Source of the DNA: Rhizophagus irregularis
Lineage: Eukaryota
Direction: 5' to 3'
Length of the DNA stretch: 64,000 bases
Assembly: GCF_026210795.1 (NCBI RefSeq)
Contig: NC_089429.1
Span: 124,001 to 188,000 of the forward strand
The position numbers and the translations under genes were made by a program. Below are positions 26,401-36,901 of the stretch, piece by piece (position 1 is the first letter of the stretch; each line of letters opens with the position of its first letter). The notes under the pieces are model-generated. The model saw only the letters and a list, made by a program, of their open reading frames with translations, was not told where the DNA came from and did no database searches.

Positions 26401-27333
26401 TTCGCAAATAGCTGTAATCTGTATCAATCGGACATATGCCTGATTGGTACCCGATTGACAATAATTCGACCTGCTGATAGCCGATTGATGACTGATGGTC
26501 AACAATATCCAATCGGCAACCAATCGGTCAACTTCCAATATAGATGACAGATGGCTGATTGTTTACCGATTGTTAAACTGGCACCAATCAGTCACCAATC
26601 GGCACCAATCGGTCATACAACTGATGTGTAGCCGATTGAAATAAATGCCTGATTGATGACCGGTTGGTATCTGAATGAATGAATCAGTAACAGATCAGCT
26701 ACCAATCAGGTACCAATCAGTTATATGACCGATTGATGATCGGTATATTATATTTCGACCTGTGCTACTTCTCCATCGGATAATCCTGCCCCTATGCTTC
26801 CTCAACATATTATTGATGAATTAAAGGCGCAGATTAAAGAGATCGCTACTACCCTTAAATCTCTTGACGAAACTGTTTCCTGGATGCAGGATACCATCAC
26901 GAATCATGATTATAGAATTTCTGAGCTTGAATCAATGATGAATTATGATTGCGGTAATCCCAGTGACTCAGATTTGTACCCACCTCATGACGATCAAGAA
27001 ACTCATTCCTATAATCATGGATGGGATGATACTCCAACCCAAGACACGAATTCTGGATTCAATCTTCCTCCCAATACCTCTTCTTCTCTTATGGACGTCT
27101 CTCCTAATGCTTCCTTCTCAGCCCTGGATCCTAGCTCCATCCTATCAAGACGACATGTCCCCTTACCTGTCTTCCGACCTACTAATACCACCCCTGATGC
27201 TAACGCTTCTCGTTTGCAATCAGAAATTTTTAATGTTACTACTACACAAAAGAATCTTTCTGCCCAACTTGGTTCGATTATGGAAAAGTTGGACTCCTTC
27301 TCTCCTTCAAAACCTTCCCCTTCCAATGATTGA
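11408..27333 (+). CDS. LINE B ORF1 (~706 aa after joining 11408-12962 and 26768-27333): RRM-like domains, Cys knuckle, S/R/N-rich region, coiled coil; split by a CACTA insertion
   Basis: Removing 12963-26767 rejoins the frame (…NSTSPTSPSDNPAPMLPQH…). RRM-like LFVTDIP…VRQAFSRYGTV and CHVCGCPGCSPSVC are present. Confidence 0.9.
13700..15240 (-). repeat. Degenerate tandem array of 3-4 units (~300-450 bp) inside the CACTA element
   Basis: Recurrent cagaaatcgagtt…gattgctgaaagtagga, gaactcacctttaa and aatcaatcaatcaacgcaacc. The segments ~14365-14805 and ~14805-15235 are near-identical. Confidence 0.85.
16719..17960 (-). CDS. CACTA accessory gene 1 (about 6 exons, unknown function)
   Basis: ATG at 17960. 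GT-AG introns link ORF pieces 17423-17785, 17242-17487 and 16719-16970. Homologous to the gene at 23544-25513. Confidence 0.7.
18658..21711 (+). CDS. CACTA/EnSpm Tnp2-family (Transposase_21-like) transposase; one frameshift near 19996, intron 20788-20854
   Basis: Motifs DIYDG, NLDWFQPF, LLPGPSE, NDIPA, RWSELLRLPYF, VDPMH, PNLHLCLH, YGPLYSFWCFSFERMNG and FPGQVQYYFEH. Confidence 0.9.
22640..23059 (+). CDS. Small coiled-coil protein inside the CACTA element (hypothetical)
   Basis: Open frame MGRKHKH… of ~139 aa, with a heptad-like L/I/E/Q/N pattern and an acidic tail. Confidence 0.5.
   Translation: MGRKHKHSSLKYIRQNLIRKNENLTRVNDSLQIMSNHATIRDIESWKKVVELENCNRALTEIMSMQKEANDFLQQKIDILETQLSLLNNSEMGTLLNNQEVNSFSSALMLASSVKINNIRSEEGEEDEDGKIKIREICE
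23095..23343 (+). repeat. Direct tandem duplication of ~125 bp
   Basis: gtcaaataataa…ccggtgttgcttaatttctgcaaatttcgcgtat…acatcattacatc occurs twice. Confidence 0.9.
23544..25513 (+). CDS. CACTA accessory gene 2 (multi-exon, low-complexity repeats, apparent frameshifts), paralogue of gene 1
   Basis: ATG at 23544 and GT-AG introns. Motifs MPKDLKEALR, YHSPEESE, LKWRS and APHWTRSGYKG. Coding minisatellites of 15, 39 and 12/15 bp. Confidence 0.7.
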
Positions 27334-30300
27334 ACACCGATTTATATCGGGTGCATCACAGGGATTTCACCCCCCTAATAGTGCGATACCTAATAATAAT
27401 AGTCCTAATACTCCCTCTTTTCCTTCTTTTTCTTCCCCTCTTATTAACTTTGGACAAATCAATGTTAATGGATTATGTTCCCCTGTTCGACAATTGCATT
27501 TGTTAAATTATTTTCTCCATTCTTCTTTTGGCGTTTTATCTTTAAATGATACTCGTCTTACTTCTTCTGGTGCTAGATTTATTTATCAAAATGAACATTC
27601 ACAACATAATTTTAAGTCCTATTGGGCTCCTTCCCCTTCTAATTCCCGACCTCATGATGGTGTAGGTCTTTTACTTCGCCACCCTTTACATAAACATGTT
27701 CAGAAGATTGATCCTTGGAAAGGTCGTTTATTAAAACTAGATCTTTTTTTTCATCAAACAAAAATTTCTATTATTTCTGTTTATATTCCTCCTTATCATT
27801 CTATTCATTATAAAGAACGTGATGCTATTTTTGCTCAACTTAATTTATGGCTTGATAAAGCCCGCTCCAATAACTATCACGTAGTCATCCTTGGCGATTT
27901 TAATGCAGATGAAATTTCACATTCACATCTTTCTCAACATCATTTAAAAATTTTACGATCACTTTCTTCTCGATATTTTACAGATCATCAATCCCATATC
28001 TCTTCAATTTCAGGTCCTAGTCCTACCTTTTATCATCAGAATGGTTCTTCAAGACTTGATTATATTTGGTCATCCCCTGGATTTCCTGCTCCTGGTCTTT
28101 TCTCTCAAGTTGAAACTTGTCCTAAGCTGAATGATAATCAATTTACTGATCATTGTGTACTTATAACGGCCTTTGACTTTAGCTCATGTTTCGCAATTTT
28201 ATCCAAAGCTCGATTAAAGCAGAAGAGCGAACAACGCACCATCTTTCTTTACAAAAACTTGAAAAATGACACTTGGAATAAATTTTCCAATGAAGTAAAC
28301 TCGCGTCTTGAGTTATACTTGACCACGCATCATCCTTCAATATCTTCAATTTCAGCTCTTTCATTGGACAAACTTTGGCACGCTCTTAAACGTTCTATTC
28401 TTGGTGGTGCCATTGATTCTCTACCATTCCAACACGTATCCAACACTCATCACCATAAATATTCTCCGGAACTTACTATGCTTATTGCTATCAACAAATT
28501 TTTGGATAGATTATTATTCAAATTGACCACTTCTAGGCCTAGTCGTCCTGCTCAAATTTCACAAATGATTAATTCTTTATCTACTCAATTAATCCTTCTT
28601 AAGTCTCTTTTGACAGATTATACTATACCTTCCTATAGTATAACACCGCTTCACACTTTTGTCAAATTTTTACGTTCACATAAAGCTCTGGTCTCAGCTT
28701 ATCTCTCCACGCAATTTCATCAACATCGTGTAGATTCTATTGAATATTTTACTGCTCTTCGAGATGAACATTTCTCTACATCTCCAAGCTCTTTTATTTC
28801 TTCAGCCCTATCAGTGGAACATCGCTCTATCATTCTTGATCGAGTCTTAGTTGTTATTGACTCCAAGCCTACATTACTTACTGATCCTTCCGACATCAAA
28901 CAAGCTGCTATTAAACACTTCCAATCGGTCGTTACTCCTCCTTTGGTCCAGTATTCTTCTACTGAATCATTTCCTCCGCGTTGGCAAAGAGCATATACTC
29001 CTCTTTCTGACTTTGATTCGTCCTTATATACTTCGGTTATGTCTCCTATTCTGACCGATGAATGGAAAAATACTATTAACTCTATGCCTAACAATAAAGC
29101 CTCTGGTCCTTCCAAGATCTCTTATGAGATGCTCAAACATTTAACTGGAGAAGCTTTTAATTTGTCCCTTGTACTAGCCAACGCTTGTCTCACTCATGGA
29201 GATATTCCTGCTGATTGGCGTGAAGCGCTTGTTTATCCCATACCAAAGCCTACTGAATTTGACGCCCAATTGAAGAATACGCGACCTATCACTTTATTGG
29301 AAACAGTACGTAAATGTGTGGTTAAGGTCGTTACTACTCGACTTTCAAAAATCCTAGCTGACAATCAAGTGCTTCAAGGTGGTAACTTTGCTGGATTGCC
29401 AGGCGGTTCTACTGACATTCCTATTAAGATGCTGGATGCCATTATTCATCAACGCCGTTTTGACAAATCTGATGACCAAGAATTATGGATTGTTTCTCAG
29501 GACATTTCTAAGGCCTTTGACTCAATTGATTTGAATATGCTTAGATTGGCTCTAATCCGTCTACATATACCTTCTTTGTTGATTAAATTTATCATTAATC
29601 TTTTTACTAGACGTAATAATAAAATTATTACCCATCATGGTGATACTTCTGGATACAGAGTTAGAATTGGTATTGACCAGGGTGAAATCATTTCTCCATT
29701 ATTATGGGTTATTTACTTGGATCCTTTGCTTACTACACTTAATCGAGAAACTCGTGATCCCTTTATCTTGAAATCTTCTGCATTATTGGATTATTCTCCA
29801 ATTGAATATGAACAACACAATCTTCCTGTTTCACATATTACATTTATGGATGATTCTACTTTAATTGCTTCATCCAAACGAGGAATTGAAGATCGCCTTT
29901 CCATTACTGCTGAATTTTATACTTTAAATAATACTCAAGCAAATTTAGCAAAATATATCCTTCTTTCTTCTGAACAATTTTCACAAACTATAGAGTTTGA
30001 TCTTTCTTTTTCTCCTTTAATTTTAAATCCTACCCTTACTTTAAAGGCGTTAGCCTTATCTACATCTTTTCGGTTTTTAGGTGTTTGGTTTAACCTTTCA
30101 GCTTCTTCTCGTTTCGTTCATAACCAAACTGTCTCCATGATCAAAGACATGGCCGCTCTACTCAGTTCTAAAAAACTTTTAGCACAACATGTAGCTTACC
30201 TTTATAACGTTGTCCTACTTCCGAGGCTAGAATTTCGCCTACAATCCACATTATTTGCTGAATCCACCATTAATCGCATGGTTTCTCCAATGCTTTCTCT

Positions 30301-33111
30301 TATTCGTCAGAAGGCTGGTTTGGCCTCAGTCACTCCTCTGTCTGCGCTTTTCACACTGTTGTCGTTCTCTATCCAACAAGCGTTCGGTCGATTTCTATCA
30401 TCTCATGTGGCTTCATGGCAAAGAATTTTTTCTCACCCTTCATATAAGCTTTTTGCTAATTATATGATTACATATCTCCAAGGATTTTTGGATTGTGATG
30501 CTTGTCCCTCTACTATTGATTTGGAACCATGGTCTCATACTTTTTCTTTACGAACACATTCTTTGTTCAATTCTTTATTGTTCTCTTCTCGATTGAATAT
30601 CACGTGGTCTTTATTGTTCCGACCTCTGAGGAAAGATTTACGTCCGGCGATTCCACTCCGGTCTATTTTACCAAAAGATTTATTTACTTCCATGAAAAAT
30701 GTTCGAAACAATTTTGGTACTCGTTTTCTTGCCCAACTGGTTTCTCCGTGTGGCTCTCGACTTCTCTCATGGAAAGATTTACGCTTTCTTAAACGAGTCT
30801 CGAACAAAGGATCTGTGCCTGCTTGGTTTACTTTTTTATTTAATCTTATTGTTATTTCTAATTCTTCTTCTTTTTTTGTTTTACCACAATTTAAGATTCC
30901 TATTTCTCATACAGTAGCTTCCATTTCTTTTATCGACGTTAGTCGAAATTATTGGTTTAACCCTCAATGGGCTATTTCTTTTAATCGTAATACTAACTCT
31001 TTTCTGGTTGGCCGTGTGATCACTACCTATCCTACTCCACGTAATGAAGCTCTTATTTCACATTGGATCGCGTCATCGGTTGATGACTTGCTTTCTGAAT
31101 TTACTGCATGCCAAGGTTGTGCCTCTGCTATTCCGCGATCCTCTACTTCTAAGACTTTGATTAAACGATGTCCCTTCGAAGGATGTTTTTCTTACGTTCC
31201 GTTATCAAGTTTGATCCGTTATCCTACGAAACCTCGTACTTATATACATGCGGATACTCGCTCAGTTTCACTTTCTGCCTCGTTAGGCTATGCCAAATCT
31301 CTTTTATTATTCCAGCTTTTTGCTCCGGTTCAACTACCTCCTATGACTGATCAAGTGTCTAGGACTTCCGATATCCAACTTCCTTCTTCGGTGTCTACAC
31401 TTTATATTGATGGTTCCTTCCTTTCTCCTCCTAGTCATCCGACATCCTCGATGGCCTACGCATGGACTGCTATAGATCCTGATAGATTTGTTTTGGAATC
31501 TCACTATAATATTATTTCTTCCATTTTTCCTTCTGCTTTACGTTCAGAAGTTTTTGCTTTATTACATGGATTAGGCTCCCTCCCTCGGAATTCTAAGATA
31601 ACTGTCGCCACTGATTGTGCTCAATTACTTTCTTTATGGTCTTTATATGTGGATGCTCCTTTTATTCCCAGAATGCTTAAAGAATCCAACCACCTTTTGT
31701 GGTTCTCCATACGCACTATTATGTTGCAAAAGAATCTGGATGTTACCTTGATCAAGGTCCCTGCTCATGCTGACGATCCTTTGAATAATCATGTGGATGC
31801 ATTAGCCAAAGCCGCTCATACTGACTCACAGCTTTCTTCTTGTCCACTATTGGATTCGATGGCTCCTTGCATTTTACAATTTAATTCCTTACCTGTGGAT
31901 AGAGCTTGGACTCGCACTCATGTAACTCGAGTTGACTCGAGTTGAACTCGCACTCGAGTCAGAAATTTCTTGACTCGAGTCAACCGAGATCACGTGGTTT
32001 ATAGTGCCGGCTGAACCTATTTGTAATTCCTGCCGGCACTATGACCATAACGGTCTAGGTAAAATTATGGATAAGTTTTTTAGCCCGCACTTTGACTCAA
32101 ATTAAGCTCGAGTCCTGGACTCCCGAGTACTCTTCAGTCAAAAAAATTCTTGATTCATTTTATCGAGGTTATTTCATCCATTCAGTCCAAAGCTCACCTG
32201 TGGATATGAATATCCGGAAATTTATTAGAGATATTTTTGACGCCAAAAGTCTTTTAACTCTTGCTGTATTACCAAGATTTAATTCCTATTCTTCAACTTC
32301 TGATATTGATTGGGCTTGTACCAAATTTTGTCTCAATAACAATAAGCAGTTTGCCTCTCATCGGAATGGCCGTTCTGAGTTTTGCGGTTTCCGTATCAAA
32401 TTACTTTTAGATATGCTTCCAACACTTACAACTCTTCAGCGACGAAAGCCTCATCTTTATGATCCAAGTTGGCTTTGTCCTCAATGTAACTCCTTTCCTG
32501 AGACCTTAGACCACTTGTGGACTTGTCCTTATATTTTACCAGAATTTAGCCCTTTAAATACTTTTAAAACACTTTTATTGGCTCTTCGGACTAATTATCT
32601 TGACAAGTTCTTTTCCGCGTCATCTTTAATACCTTTACCGGACTAATTCGCTGCTGAATTTATGTCTCTTGATTGTTGGAATTGTGACCCTCCTTCAATC
32701 TCTTGCCTAAGACTCGTACGAGGACTTATACCGACATCCCTTACAGAATTTCTTGGAACCTATTTTTCTCCACTTACCTTATGGTCTATCTTAGATACAC
32801 TGTTGCACAACTTTCATTTTGACCTTTATGTCCAAATCTGGTTGTGCCGTTCCATTTTCTTTCATCATTGGGAACTAGCCCAAGGCATTACAAAAAAAAT
32901 GAAATCATCAGCTCTTGGGCCTTCTTCTATTCTTTACCCTTCCTCTAACATTCCTCTTGACTCTTCGACACCTTCCCTGGCGACAGCTTCCTTGGATTCC
33001 TGGGTTTCTTGGGTTTCCTCTTCTATAATCCGTGGGGGATCTTGGATTTCACATTTGGATTTTTGGCGCCGCTTAACAGTTCAGCCTCTACTTAGGATTT
33101 CTTTTTGGTAA
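27326..33111 (+). CDS. LINE B ORF2 (~1826 codons after removing the MITE): APE endonuclease, reverse transcriptase, RNase H, C-terminal CCHC knuckle; one internal stop at 32644-32646
   Basis: GQINVNG, GDFNA, SRLDYIW and FTDH (EN); DISKAFD, QGEIISP and FMDD (RT); YIDGS, RSE, ATDC and AHADDPLNNHVD (RNase H); CPQC…HLWTC. The ATG at 27326 overlaps the end of ORF1. Confidence 0.95.
31902..32195. mobile_element. 294-bp MITE (hAT- or Mutator-type) in LINE B ORF2
   Basis: TIRs GAGCTTGGACT and AGTCCAAAGCTC, with flanking duplication acctgtggata. It contains ctcgag-rich subterminal repeats and is absent from LINE A. Confidence 0.9.
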
Positions 33112-35561
33112 CGGATTGGATCTTAGGACATGCTGGATAGTTGACTCACACTGGCCTTCGGGTAAAGTTGGGGTATGCGTATTCTGTAATAGTTTAGTTT
33201 TTCTTTACTTAATTTTATTTTGTTTAGATTTCTTTACTTGTATGAATCGTGAAGCTAGTTCTTTTTATTTTTTATGTTATTTTCTATATTTGATATTTGT
33301 AATATTGTTCGATTTGTTTGTTGTACTTTTCGTTTAAAATTAATAATAAAAGATAAAGTCATAAGACTGTTTGCTCATAATCACCAAATATGGACTGTCC
33401 CAAATGTGTGACTATAAAGAGAGTTGACTGTATTTCTTTTATAGATATTAGTCAAAATTATTTGTTTAACCCTTAATGGGCTATTTCTTTTAATCGCAAT
33501 ACTAACTCTTTCCTCGTTGGCTGTGTGATTATTACTTATCCTGCTTCGCGAAATGAAGCTCTTATTTCACATTGGATAGCGTCATCTGTTGATGACTTAC
33601 TTTCTGAATTTACTGCATGCCAAGGTTATGCCTCTGTTATCCCGCAATCCTCTACTTCTAAGACACTAATTAAACAATATCCTTCTGAAGAATGTTTTTC
33701 TTATGTTCATTTATCAAGTTTAATCTGTTACCTCACGAAACCTTGTACTTATATACACGCGGACACTCGTTCGGTTTCACTTTTTGCCTCGTTAGATATT
33801 GCCAAATTTCTTTTATTATTTCATCTCTTTGCTCCGGTTCGATTAGCTCCCGCGTTTAATCAAGTGCCTAGGATTTCTGGTATCCAACTTCCTTCTTCAG
33901 TGTCTACACTTTATATTGATGGTTCTTTCCTTCCTCCTTCTGGTCATCCGATATTTTCAATGGTTTATGCATGGACAGCTATAGATTCTGATGGATTTAT
34001 TCTTGAATCTTCTTATAATATAATTCCTTCTATTTTTCCTTCTACTTTACGTTCAGAAGTTTTTGCTTTATTGCATGGACTGGACTCCCTTCCTCGGAAT
34101 TCCAAGATTACTGTCGCTACTGATTGTGCCCAATTACTTTCCTTATGGACTTCGTATGTGAATACTCCCTTTCTTCCTAGAATGCTCAAAGAATCTAACC
34201 ACTTGTTGTGATCTTTCATACGAACTATTATGTCACAAAAGAATCTGGATGTTACCTTGATCAAGGTTCTTGCTTACGCTGACAACCTTTTGAATAATTA
34301 TGTGGATGCATTAGCTAAAGCTGCTCATACAGACTCGCATCTTTTTTCTCGATCGTTGTCCAAATTGCTAGCTCCTTGTGACTTACAATTTAATTTTTTA
34401 TCTGTAGATATGAATATCCAGAAGTTTATTAGAGATATTTTTGACGCTAAGAGTCTCTTAACTCTTGCTGTATTGCCAAGATTTAATTCTAATTCCTCTA
34501 TTTTTGATATTGACTGGGCTTGCACCAAATTTTGTCTTAACAACAAAACACAATTTTTCTCCCGTCAGAATGGTCATTCTGAATTTTGTGCTTTCCGTAT
34601 TAGATATGCTTCTGACGCTTACAACTCTTCAGAGACGAAAATCTCATCTCTATGACCTGAGCTGGCTTTGTCCTCAATGCAACTCGTCTCCTGAGACTTT
34701 AGACCACTTGTGGACATGCCCTTATATTTTACCTGAATTTAGCCTTTTCACTACTTTCAAAACACTCTTATTGGCTCTTCAATCCAATTATCTTGATAAA
34801 TTCATTTCTGCAACATCTTTAAAACCTTTGCCAGATTCTTTTACTGCTGAATTTACGGCTATTGATTGTTGGGTTTGTGACCCACCTTCGTCCTCCTGCC
34901 TGAGACTTGCACGTAGACTTATACTGATGTCCCTTACAGGATTTCTTGGAAATTATTTCTCATCATCCACTATATGATCTATTTTAGATACACCTTTACA
35001 TGACTTTCATTTTGACCTTTATGTTCAAATCTGGTTGTGCCATTCCATTTTCTTTCATCATTGGGAATCGAGTTTCAGCATCGCTAAAAAGATGAAATTG
35101 TCAGCTCTTAGGCCTTCTTCTATTTTTCGTTTTTCCTTCAATATTCCTCTTGATTCTTCGACACTTTCCTTGGCGACAGTTTCTTTGGATTCCTGAGTTT
35201 CTTGGGTTTCCTCTTCTATAATTCGTGGTGGATCTTGGATCTCGCATTTGGATTTTTGGCGCCGCTTAACAGTTCAGCCTCTACTTAGGACTTCTTTTTG
35301 GTAACGGATTAGATCTTAGGGTATGCTGGATAGTTGACTCATACTGGCCTTCGGTAAAGTTAGGGTATGCATATTCTATAATAGTTTAGTTTTTCTTTAC
35401 TTAATTTATTTTGTTTTGATTTCTTTACTTGTATGAATCGTGAAGCTAATTCTTTTTATTTTTTATGTTTATTTTTATATATTTTGTAATATTGTTCGAT
35501 TTGATTATTGTACTTTTCATTTAAAATTAAATAAAAGATAATGTCATAAGACTGTTTGCTC

Positions 35562-35615
35562 ATAATCACCAAATATGGACTGTTCCAAATGTGTGACTAT
35601 AAAGAGAGTTAACTG
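35562..35615 (+). mobile_element. Right terminus of Tc1/mariner MITE copy A (host of LINE A)
   Basis: 52/54 identical to 33377-33430 and followed by TA. Confidence 0.9.
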
Positions 35616-35769
35616 TATTTGGTTTGAAATTTGATTTATAAATTAGATTTGAATTTGAAAACCAGATCTCAATTTAAATCAAAAAATTTAACTGGATTAT
35701 TTAACCAATCTGAATTTTAAATCAAATAATAAATTAAATTAAATATTTGATTTGTAGTTAGTTTAATAA

Positions 35770-36061
35770 GGATCCTGGACATTTCTTATAGAACTCACAA
35801 CTGACTTTTTGCCAAAAAAAAACCCAATTTGCTCTTTTTTTATTTTCTGTTTTTTGCGATTATCTCAGTATCCAGTGATCTGATTCATATGGATTTTTTT
35901 TATTTTGTAGAGCTCGATGAAAGCTACAAAACAAAAAAAAATTTGTACAAATTGGACTACTGGATGCTGAGATAATTGCAAAAAACTGATTTTTTTTTGT
36001 GAAATTTAGGTCAATTTGCAAAAAAGTTGCCACTGAGTTGTATATGTAATGTCCGGGTTCT
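35770..36061. mobile_element. Mutator-type MITE, 292 bp
   Basis: 9-bp TSD gtttaataa (35761-69, 36062-70), imperfect TIRs ggatcctggacat/atgtccgggttct, and a central palindrome. Confidence 0.8.
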
Positions 36062-36229
36062 GTTTAATAATTTACTTAGTTATATTATTAAATATTTATA
36101 TTTTTAAATGATATTAATTAATTATTTCCAATTAATTTATAACTTAACTTGTATTTAAATTTTACCTGAACATATTATAAAAGTATTATGAGAAGTCAGC
36201 AGAAAATTAACCATGTAAATGTTTAAGTA

Positions 36230-36324
36230 CAGTTAACCCTTGTTATAATGAATCCTAGGGGAAATTTATTATAGTTATCTGAAAAATTCACTATATTAAG
36301 GGTTCGCTATATCAAGTTTGACTG
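36230..36324. mobile_element. ~95-bp Tc1/mariner-type MITE
   Basis: TA-cagttaaccct…agtttgactg-TA. Confidence 0.55.
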
Positions 36325-36901
36325 TAGTAGACTTATAGTACAAATTATGTATTCAAATTACATAATAAATATACAGGTAAAAGATATTTGGTTTAAATAT
36401 TCAAACTAAATTTTAATGATAAATCAAGATTATTTTAGAAATTTGAATTTTGATTCAGATTTTACAATTGGTTACAATATGCAATTCGATTGTATAATTC
36501 AAATTTAAATTCAGTTTTTTTATCAAACTTAGTAAATCACTTATTTGATTATGAAAATTCCATTCAAGAATTTGGAAAATCTGAATTTAAACTGGAATTC
36601 ATAAATTTAATTCTATGCCCTATCTATAAATATGTATTATATTTAGTACTAAGGCCACACCAATTCAATTTTTCATTTAACATAATCTTCCCTCTATTTT
36701 TGGATTTTTTATGTAAAAAAAATACATATAATTTAGGCTGAAATTAGACAAATCTTTAAGTTTTGACCAAAATTATTATTCAAAATTTTTGCTTACTCTT
36801 TTAGTTAAAATTTTGGCTAAAATTAATGGTAATTCTAACCATGTATTTTATTTTATATATCATTTTTTGTCTTCTTTTTCTTTAGATTGAAATCCCGAAC
36901 C

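Larger units (their letters stand above)
12963..26764 (+). mobile_element. 13.8-kb CMC/EnSpm (CACTA-superfamily) transposon
   Basis: Perfect 12-bp TIR CACAGGTCGAAA, 3-bp TSD cta (12960-62, 26765-67), ccgatt/aatcgg subterminal repeats at 12980-13330 and 26420-26745, and a Tnp2-type transposase. Confidence 0.95.
11268..33376 (+). mobile_element. LINE copy B, apparently full length (~8.0 kb without nested insertions), two ORFs, no poly(A) tail
   Basis: A perfect 18-bp TSD ataatcaccaaatatgga lies at 11250-11267 and 33377-33394. A single copy of this 18-mer is present in the empty MITE at ~52969-52986 (minus strand). Confidence 0.95.
10345..33430 (+). mobile_element. Tc1/mariner(pogo)-type MITE copy B (~0.98 kb when empty) carrying LINE B
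   Basis: TIRs are CAGTCAACTC(C/T)CT...TATAGTCAC and gtgactataaagagagttgactg, with a TA duplication (10343-44, 33431-32). Removing the element restores the LINE A sequence. Confidence 0.95.
1898..35304 (+). pseudogene. LINE A ORF2 (APE endonuclease-RT-RNase H), fragmented by stops and four insertions
   Basis: Fragments 2722-4624 (SRFDYIW, FTDH, GEIISPLLW, ITFMD), 9376-10193 and 33525-34977 (LYIDGS, ATDC, CPQC...HLWTC) align with copy B ORF2. Confidence 0.9.
1..35561 (+). mobile_element. Non-LTR retrotransposon (LINE) copy A, decayed, 5' end outside the window; segments 1-2050, 2254-4618, 9440-10344 and 33433-35561 are separated by nested insertions
   Basis: Colinear with LINE copy B through ORF1, EN, RT, RNase H, zinc knuckle and 3' UTR, with many stops and frameshifts. 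It has the same 3' terminus as copy B (...gtcataagactgtttgctc). Confidence 0.93.

Noticed and set aside
26945..27325. N-terminal extension of the 1666-aa ORF
   Set aside because: It overlaps ORF1 in another frame. The ATG conserved in both copies is at 27326, overlapping the ORF1 stop region.
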